This document shows positions 16,662 through 27,057 of a stretch of DNA of 64,000 bases, piece after piece. The stretch lies in the NCBI GenBank assembly GCA_038243585.1, contig JBBSQY010000007.1, positions 1 to 64,000 of the forward strand, in the 5' to 3' direction. The notes below the pieces were generated by a model. That model did no database searches, was not told the origin of the DNA, and was given only the letters and a program-made list of their open reading frames with translations. Source of the DNA: Candidatus Sumerlaeales bacterium (GTDB lineage Bacteria; Sumerlaeota; Sumerlaeia; Sumerlaeales; Sumerlaeaceae). Every line of letters begins with the position of its first letter. Position 1 is the stretch's first letter. The position numbers and the translations under genes are program-made.

Positions 16662-19487
16662 TTAAACCCTAAACACTTTCATCACTTCATCGCCTAGGTG
16701 GTTGATCACTTTCACCGCGATTCGTCCGGTTTCCGGTTTGGCGAACGGGCGGGAGGTGTCGCTGTTTAGTGTATCCCAGGCTTCTTGGTCGATCTCGGCT
16801 TTGAGCGTTGTCTTTAGCGACTTATATGGGTCGTTTGCGCCGAGGAAGTACGCCTGTCTTACGAAGAAACTTTCTTCGTTATAGTCCGTATCGATGAACC
16901 AGCAGGCGATTCCGTCGGCGCCGTCGCTTCTGACTTCTCCTGATGCCGGATGAAAGACGTCTACGCCGTTCACCCTTACCTGGATTCGGTCGTTGTCGGC
17001 CGGCAGGATTTCCACGTCAGGCTCGCCGAAGATCACGAAAAGGTTGCCCTTGCCGGTATTTTTCAGGTCCGTTGCCATGTGGAGATCAGCGTTCATTCTG
17101 GCCTTCAGCACCGGCAGACGGCCCAGCTTACTGAACTCCGTGCTGTGGGCATCATAGGCGAAGGCGCAACTGATCAACACATCAAAATCTGCGTCGCCAG
17201 CTTCGCGCGCGGCCTCTACCAGGTCCGGGCGTGATACAGTCCCGAACTCCGGACCAAGGAAAACGGCCGCGCGCTTCTCCTTACCGTTGCCATCGCCGCC
17301 GCTTTCCATGTACCGGCCTTCAGCGCAGATACGGTCTCCTGCCCATGGTTTTAGCGATGTGAAGTTGATCTTATCTTTCTTGTCCGATTGTTGCACGCCG
17401 GATGTCCGCAGGTTCTCAAGGATCATGGAAACAAAGGTTTGTCCTTCACCATAGGCCCCAGAGCCATCGGCAATCCGGTCGATCAATTCGTCATTTTCAT
17501 CCAGACCAAGCACCCGGTGGGGAGACAGGCTTTCCACGGTGAAAGGTCCGGCCACGCGGACTTTCTTTTTATCTTCATAGGGTTTGTCATAAAGATATTC
17601 GGTATCGGCGCGGGCGGCGATAGACGCATCGATCTCTTTCTGGCCGGCGATGCGGTTTTCCCACCACTCCTTGTGAAGAGTGTGGGCTTCCATAGGCCAG
17701 GATGGTTCCGCCTCCCGGGGTATCTCCCATTCTTCCCAGGACTTGCCCAAGGTCTTGTTTAGCTTCTCCCTGATGGGTTCAAGGATTTCCTGGAACTGGT
17801 CCCAGATCACATCGATCTCTGTATTATTAGCGATGGATTTCAGGGTGATGTGAGGCACACGCTCATAAACGAACCCATGGCGTATATCGCCTCGAGTAGA
17901 TGCCGATGAAGGTTCGGCGCGGGTGATCTCAGCTTCCTTCTGTTGACCTTCGGAGGAGTCGGCGAGCAAATAATATGGATATCGGGCCCCCATAATGCGC
18001 GCCCGCGCAAGGGCCATAGCTACGCGGGAAGTGTCTACGGTGATCCAACGCCTTCCTAATTGTTCAGCGACATATGCGGTCGTACCTGATCCCATTGTTG
18101 GATCAAGGACGAGATCGCCTGGATCGGTCGCCATCAAAATACAACGCTCAATAACTCGAGGGGATGTCTCTACTACATAATTCAAACCGACTCCAATTTG
18201 CATCGAATCCCACCGTTCTGTTAGGGGAATTACTGCGAAATCGCCAACAAACCTTTTATATCTTACTGTTTTTCCAGTACTTACTATCCGATCGCTTTTG
18301 ATAAGTCGACGTAATCCCAATTCTGTAGTTTTCCAGTGAGAACCCCTACGTGTCTCGTAAATCTTTCCTTGAAAAAGAAGCTCGCGACTCGCGTTTGGTG
18401 ATTCACCGTCCGAAAACAAAGGAGCTGCTTGCAATCGTTTCAGAAAATCGACAGAAGATGTAGCTTTACTTACAGCCTCTTTCTTAAACGGGATAGACTC
18501 ATGCTGATCATATCGCTCGAGAGACTTCTCTCCCTCCTTTCGCTCTAGGTAAAGCTGCCGAAACTTAGTACTGGCTCTGTTTTTCCCATACCAGATTATG
18601 TAGTCTTGGGTAGACTCGATGAAGTTGCCTTCAATTCCGCCAGTCTTCTGAAATCCGATAAGGACAATAAAGTTGTCTGATCCGAAAATCTCATCCATCA
18701 TTACTCGGACACGGTGGACATTTTCGTCTCCAATCTGGACAAATACTGATCCAGAGTCGGTCAGTAGATCTCTCGCCAGTATTAGTCGATCACGCAAATA
18801 AGTCAGGTATGAGTGGATACCATCTCGCCATGTATCGCGAAATGCTCTCACCTGCTCCGGCTCACGGGTGATGTTGTCGGCCTTGCCGTCCTTCACGTCG
18901 CGGTTGGTGGTGCTCCACTGGAAGTTGCTATTAAACTTAATGCCGTAAGGGGGATCAAAGTAGATACACTGTACCTTGCCTCTCAGCCCCTCGCGCTCGG
19001 CCAGAGATGCCATCACCTGGAGGCTATCGCCCAGGATCATGCGGTTTGCCCAATGGGCATCGTGCTGGTAGAACTCCGTCTTGGCGTCGGAACTCGGCAA
19101 TCCGTTAAAGTCCGCAAACAGATCAACCTGTTCATCTTCCTCTGGTGGCGCGGCTTTTTTGCTCTGGCGCACCAGGTCATCAATGAGAACCTTGGGATGA
19201 ATCTTCTCCTGGATATAAAGCGGCGGCGCCTGCACTACCAGGTCTGACCAATCCTGCTGATCCTTTCCGCGCCACATCAACTGCGGATCCAAATCCACAT
19301 TGCGCTGTTCCTTCTCCTGCTCCAGCCCTTCACTACCCCGCCCGTAAATCACCTTAACAGGGTCATGCTGCTCCTTGGCGACAATAGACTGATACTCAGC
19401 CGTAGGAATGTTTTTACGAGTCGCATCCTCATGGACGAGCGTCTCGATAGATTTTGCTGCGGTGGAGGTGATTCTCTTTGGGGGCAT
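16662..19487 (-). CDS. Type III-like N6/N4 DNA methyltransferase (Mod)
   Basis: DPPYG catalytic motif before the DPTMGSGTT SAM-binding motif (beta class); C-terminal IAVKVINHLGDE. Confidence 0.9.
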   Translation of the reverse strand: MPPKRITSTAAKSIETLVHEDATRKNIPTAEYQSIVAKEQHDPVKVIYGRGSEGLEQEKEQRNVDLDPQLMWRGKDQQDWSDLVVQAPPLYIQEKIHPKVLIDDLVRQSKKAAPPEEDEQVDLFADFNGLPSSDAKTEFYQHDAHWANRMILGDSLQVMASLAEREGLRGKVQCIYFDPPYGIKFNSNFQWSTTNRDVKDGKADNITREPEQVRAFRDTWRDGIHSYLTYLRDRLILARDLLTDSGSVFVQIGDENVHRVRVMMDEIFGSDNFIVLIGFQKTGGIEGNFIESTQDYIIWYGKNRASTKFRQLYLERKEGEKSLERYDQHESIPFKKEAVSKATSSVDFLKRLQAAPLFSDGESPNASRELLFQGKIYETRRGSHWKTTELGLRRLIKSDRIVSTGKTVRYKRFVGDFAVIPLTERWDSMQIGVGLNYVVETSPRVIERCILMATDPGDLVLDPTMGSGTTAYVAEQLGRRWITVDTSRVAMALARARIMGARYPYYLLADSSEGQQKEAEITRAEPSSASTRGDIRHGFVYERVPHITLKSIANNTEIDVIWDQFQEILEPIREKLNKTLGKSWEEWEIPREAEPSWPMEAHTLHKEWWENRIAGQKEIDASIAARADTEYLYDKPYEDKKKVRVAGPFTVESLSPHRVLGLDENDELIDRIADGSGAYGEGQTFVSMILENLRTSGVQQSDKKDKINFTSLKPWAGDRICAEGRYMESGGDGNGKEKRAAVFLGPEFGTVSRPDLVEAAREAGDADFDVLISCAFAYDAHSTEFSKLGRLPVLKARMNADLHMATDLKNTGKGNLFVIFGEPDVEILPADNDRIQVRVNGVDVFHPASGEVRSDGADGIACWFIDTDYNEESFFVRQAYFLGANDPYKSLKTTLKAEIDQEAWDTLNSDTSRPFAKPETGRIAVKVINHLGDEVMKVFRV

Positions 19488-19489
19488 TA

Positions 19490-20335
19490 TTAGTTCTCGT
19501 CTTCGGCAGCACTTGGTTTTTTTGTATCGATGTTGGGTAGCGATTTTTCCAGGACTGAGACAACTCCGTCCACATGCTCATGGAGATCATCATTGATACT
19601 CTGTCCCAAAGAGTCAAGGAGGACTTCAACACCTTCACGGCGTGCGACCTTGGCAGCCGGAACGAAGTCGCTGTCGCCGGTTACCAGAATTATTGTATCA
19701 ATTTGTTTCTTTAGCGTCAGTGTAGAAATATCAACTCCGATGCGCATATCCACACCCTTTTGACGGAGCCCCAGGCGAACATCATTGGGAGTTACCGCCT
19801 GCCAGGAAGTAACTATCTTTTGGAGCTTGGCAGCTTGCTCCTGCGTTAAAGGAACGGGCTCTTCGCCTGTTTCCGCTTTTACGATAGCGCCTTCCAGCAC
19901 ATGGACCCAGTCTCGCAGGCGAAGTAGCCGCTTTGTTGTGTCTGTATTAGCTATATGCCAACCGTCTTCCCGGACCACCTTGCCAAGTCGCAAAGCAAAC
20001 TTTCGCCTTGTTCGAAGTTCGCGGAATAGCTCGTGGCGAAAGATTGCTTCAGGCGTTCTGTCAAAATGGATCTGACGGTTCTCCAGTGGGTGGTGTGCCG
20101 TTCCGTCGTATGGTAACGCATCATAGTAGAAAAGTCGATACACGTGATCTAGCCAACGTTCATCACTGGGATGGGCAGACTCCTCCACCAGCTTAAGCAC
20201 GTGCTCTTTACAAAGAGTCACGGCCCAGTCTGCCACCTCTTTTGGGGTCGTGCATCTATGATGACCGACGATCTTCGATACCCGCCGAAGAAAGAATGCG
20301 CCATCAATAAGAATGGCAATTCGCCTAATCCGCAT
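19490..20335 (-). CDS. NYN-domain (PIN-like) ribonuclease
   Basis: AILIDGAFF, QKGVDMRIGVDI, VTGDSDFVPA; GGAG RBS upstream of ATG 20335. Confidence 0.88.
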   Translation of the reverse strand: MRIRRIAILIDGAFFLRRVSKIVGHHRCTTPKEVADWAVTLCKEHVLKLVEESAHPSDERWLDHVYRLFYYDALPYDGTAHHPLENRQIHFDRTPEAIFRHELFRELRTRRKFALRLGKVVREDGWHIANTDTTKRLLRLRDWVHVLEGAIVKAETGEEPVPLTQEQAAKLQKIVTSWQAVTPNDVRLGLRQKGVDMRIGVDISTLTLKKQIDTIILVTGDSDFVPAAKVARREGVEVLLDSLGQSINDDLHEHVDGVVSVLEKSLPNIDTKKPSAAEDEN

Positions 20336-20358
20336 AGCTACACTCCTGATCAGGCAAT

Positions 20359-20419
20359 AAAAAAGCCCCAGGATTTCGGGAACGCTCCGGATTGGTGAGC
20401 GCCTCTACTCTCAAGGGGC
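20359..20419 (-). ncRNA. Candidate structured leader RNA ending in an intrinsic terminator, upstream of the NYN gene
   Basis: Minus strand reads GCCCC-TTGAGAGTAGAG-GCGCTC-ACCAATCCG-GAGCGT-TCCCGAAATCCT-GGGGC-TTTTTT: outer stem, inner stem and U6 tract. Confidence 0.5.
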
Positions 20420-20647
20420 GGATACATAAATTTGGTGTTAATTTAAACAAACCACATACAGTAAAATTTCGGTTCGCAATAACTTTTCCGACACCTATAG
20501 AAAGATTATGCGAGGAGCCACCTGAGAGGCGTTCATAGGTTTCGGGCGAAAAGGATGGTCTCAAAGTTGGTGTGTTCAAAGTTGTATTTTCCCTGTTAAT
20601 AAAATTTTAGTGACTACCAGCTCGGGAGGCGTTTGACGCAAGAGAGG

Positions 20648-23600
20648 CTAAACAACAACCTCTTCAACCTGAGCATCTATCATTTCATTAAAAGCGGCTT
20701 CCACCTTATCACCGAACTCGGCTTCCATGGCAAAGACCTCTTTAAACTCGGCAAAGGCCCACCGTCCATATTGCTTTAAATGATTAACGCCGGGTATCCA
20801 GTAGGCGTCCATAGTCTGTTTCTTAAACTTGGCATCTTCGCCGCGGTACCCTTTGATCTCCACTACGAGATGCAGCGGATCCTCTTGGCCATCGTCCACA
20901 AGAACAATAAAGTCTGGCCGGTACATGCGGTTTTCAGAACCGAACCGGTATGGCACTTCAAAGCCCATGCTATGGTTTTTCACATAAGCTTTGACCCGGG
21001 GATGAGTTTCCGCGACCCGGCAAAATTCAGCCTCCCAGTCGCTATCGAGGATGACCCAATTAACATGACAGCGATCGGGCGAGGTTTTCCACCGTTCCGT
21101 CCTGGAAGTATTGAAGAGAACTGAACTTGTGGAACCTGACGGGCGGTATGGATCAACCACTGCCATTATAGGTGAAACGTCTGCCATGGCCAGGGTAATG
21201 CCGGTTGTTATCTTTTCGCAGGCCATGTCGGCCAGTTCCTGGTACATAAGCTGGGCAGGGTACGTGCCGCCAGTGCAGACAAGGCAGGTATCCAGCCACT
21301 GCTTGGTGACGCGCCGCATATCATTAATGAGATGAACCTTGGGATCATCCCCCGGCTTACGCCACTTGGTATATACCAGCCGCTTGGCCAGATGAAAGAT
21401 CAGAGTGGAAGTACGCATGTCTTCCAAATGCTTTAACGTAAGATCGATCCCCTCACCGATAATACCATAGACTTGAACCTGAGACGGACCGACGAGGCGC
21501 GGATTCAGTTCGAGAACTGAGTCTTCATCATATTTCGCGATGAGCCGCTCTGATGGCAATTCAACGCGGTAACCCTGCACCCGAGGGAAAACAATTTCCA
21601 GGGCATCGCGATCCGGCCGTATGGCTTTGACGGTAATTGTCTCGCGGGGTGGCTGGGGTTTAGCGACTACAGGTTTGGCGTTGAAGTCGAACGGAATGCC
21701 AAGGACGTCCGCATACTCGACATTAAAAAGTCCATCTTCGTTGAGATCATAAGACTGCCGGCGCAATGCGCGGCCAATGACCTGTTCGCACAAAAGCTGA
21801 GTTCCAAATGCGCGCACGCCAAGCACGTGGGTAACGGTATTGGCATCCCAACCCTCCGTCAACATAGAAACCGACACAACACACCGGATGGCTTCACCCA
21901 GCCGACCTTTTTTGCCTACGGTGTTCATGACCTCTCGAAGCAGCTCATTGTCCGGGATTGAATCGGCATCTATAGATGTGCCGGTTCTGGCGATGATTTC
22001 GCGGCGGAATCGTTCTATTTCGTGGGCGGCTATCTTGCGGAAGTTGTCGTCAAGCGCCTCCCCGGACTCAAGCTGGGCACTATCGATAAGAAGGGTGCGT
22101 GGCTGCGGGTGTGGGTTATCATACTCATCGAAGTTGCGGAAAAGTTCCAAGCTACCGCGGACATGACGGCCAAGACCATCTTCGCCCAATTGCTCAAACC
22201 CGGATATGTACTCATATACAAGTTTTGAAATGGCGGTGTTTTGACAGACGACAATGAAGCAGGGCGGAACATCAATGCCGCTCTCCTGCCAGAGTTCAAA
22301 GGTGGACTTGTAGTGACCGTACAGCGCCTCCAATGCGCTTTTCAGCAGTGTTGGCAGACTCAAAGGATCTAGTGATCCCGATTTTGCGCGGCTACTTTTC
22401 GGCAGTTTTACTTTACCTTTGCTAAGGTGTTTCCACAAGTCACGGAACATCGGCATCTCGGTTCCCGGCAGGTTATCTGCAACGGGGACGCGGGGCAACT
22501 TAACAATGCCGCTCTCGATGGCATCCATAAGGGAAAAGTCGCTCATGGTCCAGGGAAAGAGAGTTCCCTCGGCATACCCAGAGCCACTGAGGAAAAAAGG
22601 TGTGGCTGATAGATCGACAACGGCATTTAGGCCGAGCTTCCGCTTTACGATTTCAATGCCAGAGATCCACAGCCGGGCCGCCTCAGTGTTCTCTTTGGCT
22701 TCTGAATCACTCTTTTCGACGGCCACTTCATCGGAGTCACCCGGCTTTTCCCTGTAACAATGATGGGCCTCGTCGTTGAGTACCATAATGTTCCTGGTGC
22801 CCATAAGTGACGGCATCACCCGCTGGATCATCTTCCCTTCGGTTTCCAAGGTCTGAATGTCGGTTCCTGTGCGTCCCTTCAGCAGCGCGCGATTGCCGGC
22901 AGCAATGTCCATGGTCTCGCGGAGCTTAAAGGAATGATAGTTCGTAATGACGATGTTGGCTTTGCCGAGATCCGGGAGCATGTCTGTCGGAACGAGTTCT
23001 CGGGACTTGTAGTAGCTGTCAGGATCAGCTGGCTGCAGTACGCGAAGCCGGTCTTTAATGGTAATGCCGGGTGTAACAATGAGGAAACCACGGGTGAACT
23101 TGTTGCTGCCGGGCCGGCGCACTGCATTAACCGTCTGCCATGCAATGATCATGGCCATTACCGTAGTTTTGCCGGCACCAGTAGCCAGCTTAAGGGCGAT
23201 ACGCATCAGCTCCGGGTTGGCGTCGCGGTTAGCGTTGGTGATATGCTCCAGGAACTCCTTGTCCACTTTGCTTTGCGGCGCGACCTCCGTAAGCCATATC
23301 AGGGTTTCAGCCGCCTCTACCTGGCAAAAGAATGGTCGTACGCCGTTGAATTCATACTGACGCCAGTGTTGAAGGAGACGCGCTGTTTCCGGAGTTACCT
23401 GCCAGTCGTTTGGGTTTGGGAGCTTGCGCCAGAAATCGACTTTTTGCCGCAATGCATTAATGACAGGATTAGGGTCATACTTCTGTTTTTCCGTTGAGAC
23501 GCCATCACTATCCAGATTAAGCTCAACCTGATCCTTACTGCCAGTCCGCTTCCTGGATTTGGGGATTGGTGTGATGAACTCAGCAATCCGCCTGCGCTCG

Positions 23601-23704
23601 ACAATCTGCTGGGTAGGCTGGCCTTCGGTGTCGAGTTCCCAATGACGGGCTGGGTACTCGTAAGGCGAGTTCAAGATCGGCTGTTCGAAAAAGCGGTTTT
23701 CCAT
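20648..23704 (-). CDS. Type III-like restriction endonuclease/helicase (Res, BPTD_3080-like family)
   Basis: Likely start MENRFFEQPILNSPY; LATGAGKT, NDEAHHCY, MLTEGWDA, QVIGRALRR; C-terminal PD-(D/E)xK motif YRPDF...VEIKG. Confidence 0.88.
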   Translation of the reverse strand: MENRFFEQPILNSPYEYPARHWELDTEGQPTQQIVERRRIAEFITPIPKSRKRTGSKDQVELNLDSDGVSTEKQKYDPNPVINALRQKVDFWRKLPNPNDWQVTPETARLLQHWRQYEFNGVRPFFCQVEAAETLIWLTEVAPQSKVDKEFLEHITNANRDANPELMRIALKLATGAGKTTVMAMIIAWQTVNAVRRPGSNKFTRGFLIVTPGITIKDRLRVLQPADPDSYYKSRELVPTDMLPDLGKANIVITNYHSFKLRETMDIAAGNRALLKGRTGTDIQTLETEGKMIQRVMPSLMGTRNIMVLNDEAHHCYREKPGDSDEVAVEKSDSEAKENTEAARLWISGIEIVKRKLGLNAVVDLSATPFFLSGSGYAEGTLFPWTMSDFSLMDAIESGIVKLPRVPVADNLPGTEMPMFRDLWKHLSKGKVKLPKSSRAKSGSLDPLSLPTLLKSALEALYGHYKSTFELWQESGIDVPPCFIVVCQNTAISKLVYEYISGFEQLGEDGLGRHVRGSLELFRNFDEYDNPHPQPRTLLIDSAQLESGEALDDNFRKIAAHEIERFRREIIARTGTSIDADSIPDNELLREVMNTVGKKGRLGEAIRCVVSVSMLTEGWDANTVTHVLGVRAFGTQLLCEQVIGRALRRQSYDLNEDGLFNVEYADVLGIPFDFNAKPVVAKPQPPRETITVKAIRPDRDALEIVFPRVQGYRVELPSERLIAKYDEDSVLELNPRLVGPSQVQVYGIIGEGIDLTLKHLEDMRTSTLIFHLAKRLVYTKWRKPGDDPKVHLINDMRRVTKQWLDTCLVCTGGTYPAQLMYQELADMACEKITTGITLAMADVSPIMAVVDPYRPSGSTSSVLFNTSRTERWKTSPDRCHVNWVILDSDWEAEFCRVAETHPRVKAYVKNHSMGFEVPYRFGSENRMYRPDFIVLVDDGQEDPLHLVVEIKGYRGEDAKFKKQTMDAYWIPGVNHLKQYGRWAFAEFKEVFAMEAEFGDKVEAAFNEMIDAQVEEVVV

Positions 23705-24190
23705 AATTCCATCCCTGCTGCCATTGCGGCTGCGCATCATGCACTAAGTCGTGGCCAGCTGGCACCGTATGTCAACTGGTTGCAACCATAAAAGGTACCG
23801 TTATTATACCTGCACCCATATCGCTTCCAAGGGCGTTCCACTGGGTGAAAGGCGTTCTCGGCGTCATCTGGACAGAATGCTGTTTCTGAGATGGAATTGA
23901 CGAGCGTATATAGTGGGTTTTCTCACAAGTACAAAACCGACCGAGCCCCTGGCAGCCTGCAGACAGCATCTGCTTAATTCCCGCAGCAATTATTGCCCTA
24001 CAGACATCGCAGCCGCACCCAGCGTTACCATGAACTTCAACTGCAGATTAGCTAAACGTAGTATGACTGAGCCCTACTCTCCGTAGAAGCCCTGCTCACA
24101 ATGCGCTGACGCGGCAGCGGCGCCTGAGATTTGTGTGCAGCCCTACTAAATACTCCCAGACACACCAGCCACAACAGCGAGGGAGCTACC

Positions 24191-24493
24191 ATGAAAAAGG
24201 CAAAGATCGATACATGCGAAGGCATTAGAGTTGCAGGCAAGACACCGGCAAGATTCAATGGTCTGGAGGCGGTTCGCAAATGGATACCCTGCGAAGAATT
24301 TTGCGAGTTATACAGGCTTCCCATCACCCGGCCTCCAAGGAAGACGCTGGCTAAGTATTCTACTTCAAAAGCCACGGCGGCCAGGAAATGCTGCGAACGA
24401 CTAGCTGCGAAAGGACTCATTAAGACGCACCGGATCGACGGTCGCCTGTACGTAGCGATGGAGTCAGTAAGGTCGTTCGGAGAAAAGGCATGA
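24191..24493 (+). CDS. Small basic HTH/excisionase-like DNA-binding protein
   Basis: GGAG RBS before ATG 24191; C-terminal AARKCCERLAAKGLIKTHRIDGRLYV resembles a winged HTH of Xis/MerR type. Confidence 0.45.
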   Translation: MKKAKIDTCEGIRVAGKTPARFNGLEAVRKWIPCEEFCELYRLPITRPPRKTLAKYSTSKATAARKCCERLAAKGLIKTHRIDGRLYVAMESVRSFGEKA

Positions 24494-24741
24494 AGCAGCC
24501 GTCTTTAAACCACCCCACCGGGCTTCTTATGGTCACGACTTTAGCTGCTCTGGCTCAGGGTTTCAGTGACTTTCGGTGGATTACAAACTCACACGCTACG
24601 ACATCCAGACTATTGGTGCCGTTACTTTTAGCTGAGCCCGAACCGGCCATAACCTTCTGTCCGGACCTGACGGCAACCATAAAGCCACCGAAAGTCGCTG
24701 AAACTATGATACCATGGGCTTCTCGGGCCCCTCCACAATAA
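24490..24741 (+). CDS. Small hypothetical protein
   Basis: ATGA overlap with the upstream gene; no motif recognised. Confidence 0.3.
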   Translation: MKQPSLNHPTGLLMVTTLAALAQGFSDFRWITNSHATTSRLLVPLLLAEPEPAITFCPDLTATIKPPKVAETMIPWASRAPPQ

Positions 24742-24852
24742 GTTTATGGCAAATTAACAAGTACACTCGCTGGTGCGTTAACCTAGTAATAAACCATAAA
24801 ATATACGGTATAGGAGCAGCAAGTGCTCCTTCTGCCGAAAGGAAGATTTAAT

Positions 24853-27024
24853 ATGAGAAGAGTTTTAAGTACAGAGGACATAGCCAAACTAACTGTCGCT
24901 GATGCCGCAGCCGCTTGGAAAACCCAAAGCGAAAAACTGGATCATCGTCATTGCTCCTATCCTTACGTTTTTCAACCGCAGTACAACTCCAGCGTTGAGA
25001 AGTTCCTCCCTAGAGCCTTGGACTTCTTAGCAGACAAAGGAAATGTATTTAACGATCATATCGTTCCAGTGCCGCAAGCTGTTAATGCTGGATACGGCAG
25101 AATGCTAGTCGCAATATTTGATCACGATACTGAGGACATTGCCAAGGCGGCCAGAGCCGCATTTCTTCATGAGCGCCATGGTTATGATTTACACCGGGCA
25201 TATACGCTAAGCAGCGCGGAGCTTGGCCTTGATAGAAACACTGCCAAATCGGCTAATAATGTTGCAGAAGCGGTTCGCCGCCTGATCCGCTTTTTCAGGA
25301 CGTGGCTGACAACTTGCTCCACTGTTCTGATCGATAGCCAGTGGCCAGCAACTCCAGCAGACTTAAAGCGTTCCAAAGCGTCGGTGCTCGTCGGCAGAAT
25401 ACGCAGAGAAATGATTGGGCGCGGCGTACTTGATCCTCGCCACGCTACCCCGAAGATGATTGCTGAGGCGCTGCGATCCTACACAGATAAATCACATTCT
25501 ACAGGAGATGTTCGTCACTGGAATTCAAGTCTCAGGGATCTTGTGGCAGCGGTAAAGGATAATCAATTTGCAGGAATTACAGAAGAGCATCTCTCGGAAC
25601 TAGCTGAAGTGCGTACGAATCCTCGCAACCCTGCTATGACAATCAGTGAAGAAGAACTCACCCAATTGTGGCCGGAGTACTTCCCCTCCCTTCCAGGAGA
25701 CAAAACTCATCTGGATCCAGAGCAGGGAATGCCAGGCTATTTTAACAAACTACTAGCTGCCGAAGCACCCTCAAACCCTGCTGGTCATAAGTGTCCACGC
25801 GAACGGCAGCTCCACCGGAACGCGCACACAAATAGATTCAGATCAATCCGCCGTTACCTGTACCGTATCATACACAAAATCGGATGCGAGAACGGCGGCA
25901 CAATTACGCTACGAGACGCTTTCGAACCAAGACGAATTCGCGAGTGGCTTGAAGCCGAAATAAAGGCTAAGGGCAAAGTTCATCACAGCCATAAAGACGG
26001 CTACATGCACTCGCTGATGGTTTCAAAGCATTATTTTGGCCACGATGTGGCAGACTTGGAGTCATGGAGTAGAGAAAACGTGCAATTTCCCGGTGACTGG
26101 GAATCTACCCGCGGCGAGCAGGCACTTAGAAACGGAAATCCCAAGACATTAGTAGAGCAGGCAGAGGCGATGGGGAGGTATGCCACTAGCTCATTGGAAC
26201 TTTCTTCTAAAAAAGCCGGCTTACGAAGTACCCACTCTGGCGCCGGCCACTATTTGCTTCGAAAATCTGGCGAGATCGATTGCTGGCTCCGCCTTTTGAC
26301 AGGCCTGCGGCCAGGAGCTCTGGATGAACTGGAGGTAGCCAACTCACCAGATCGTACTGGCTGCGCACCTGCGATTTGGTTCGAATCCAAGGGCTATTAT
26401 ATTCTCTTTGTCCCTCTGCGCTGGATGAAACAGCATCTGGTTAATATATGGGGGAAAAACAATTCCAAGCGCTTGGATCTTGATTCAGCTACAGGAGAAG
26501 TTAAGGGCTTTGAATTTGAGATCCACAGGCCGGAAGCCGTTTCTGCCCTCTCAGATTATCTGCGTGAAGGTTGGCCTTATGCCAAGGCTGTTCAAGAAAA
26601 GCGTACGCGAAAGCTTTATCTCAACAGCAAAGGCGAACCGTTTCAAGACAATGGATTTGCTAAAGCATTTACTTCATTGCGAGCCGAAGTTCGACATTTC
26701 ATACATAAGTCTGAGGGCCGTGAAATTACAGATCACACCCGTTATCAGCATCGCCACATAATGGCCACTTTTGTTGAAACTCATCTACCTGGGCACGGTC
26801 TAAAAACCACGTATTTGACTCATAGTTCAGATTTTGGATCGAACGCACTTTATGGGAAAACCAATATGACACTGTTGCGCGAGGTGATAGACGAACTGCT
26901 TGATGGCAAGCCAACAAGGCTGACTCAACAGGAACTCCGGGAAAAAGAGCGGGACGAACAGTTAGTCAATTTGCAAAAACAACTTGAAGAGATGATGACC
27001 AAATTAAACGATAAAGCCTCGTAA
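24853..27024 (+). CDS. Large divergent tyrosine recombinase-like protein (alternative GTG start at 24823)
   Basis: LLTGLRPGAL (Arg I), YQHRH (variant HxxR), YLTHS (His), ALYG (Tyr), and a C-terminal coiled coil. Confidence 0.65.
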   Translation: MRRVLSTEDIAKLTVADAAAAWKTQSEKLDHRHCSYPYVFQPQYNSSVEKFLPRALDFLADKGNVFNDHIVPVPQAVNAGYGRMLVAIFDHDTEDIAKAARAAFLHERHGYDLHRAYTLSSAELGLDRNTAKSANNVAEAVRRLIRFFRTWLTTCSTVLIDSQWPATPADLKRSKASVLVGRIRREMIGRGVLDPRHATPKMIAEALRSYTDKSHSTGDVRHWNSSLRDLVAAVKDNQFAGITEEHLSELAEVRTNPRNPAMTISEEELTQLWPEYFPSLPGDKTHLDPEQGMPGYFNKLLAAEAPSNPAGHKCPRERQLHRNAHTNRFRSIRRYLYRIIHKIGCENGGTITLRDAFEPRRIREWLEAEIKAKGKVHHSHKDGYMHSLMVSKHYFGHDVADLESWSRENVQFPGDWESTRGEQALRNGNPKTLVEQAEAMGRYATSSLELSSKKAGLRSTHSGAGHYLLRKSGEIDCWLRLLTGLRPGALDELEVANSPDRTGCAPAIWFESKGYYILFVPLRWMKQHLVNIWGKNNSKRLDLDSATGEVKGFEFEIHRPEAVSALSDYLREGWPYAKAVQEKRTRKLYLNSKGEPFQDNGFAKAFTSLRAEVRHFIHKSEGREITDHTRYQHRHIMATFVETHLPGHGLKTTYLTHSSDFGSNALYGKTNMTLLREVIDELLDGKPTRLTQQELREKERDEQLVNLQKQLEEMMTKLNDKAS

Positions 27025-27057
27025 TCAGGGAGCATACCAAAGGATTACAGCAGCCAC

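Noticed and set aside
23990..24150. Short GCCCTAC repeats upstream of the HTH gene
   Set aside because: Only 7-9 bp and irregularly spaced; cannot be told from chance
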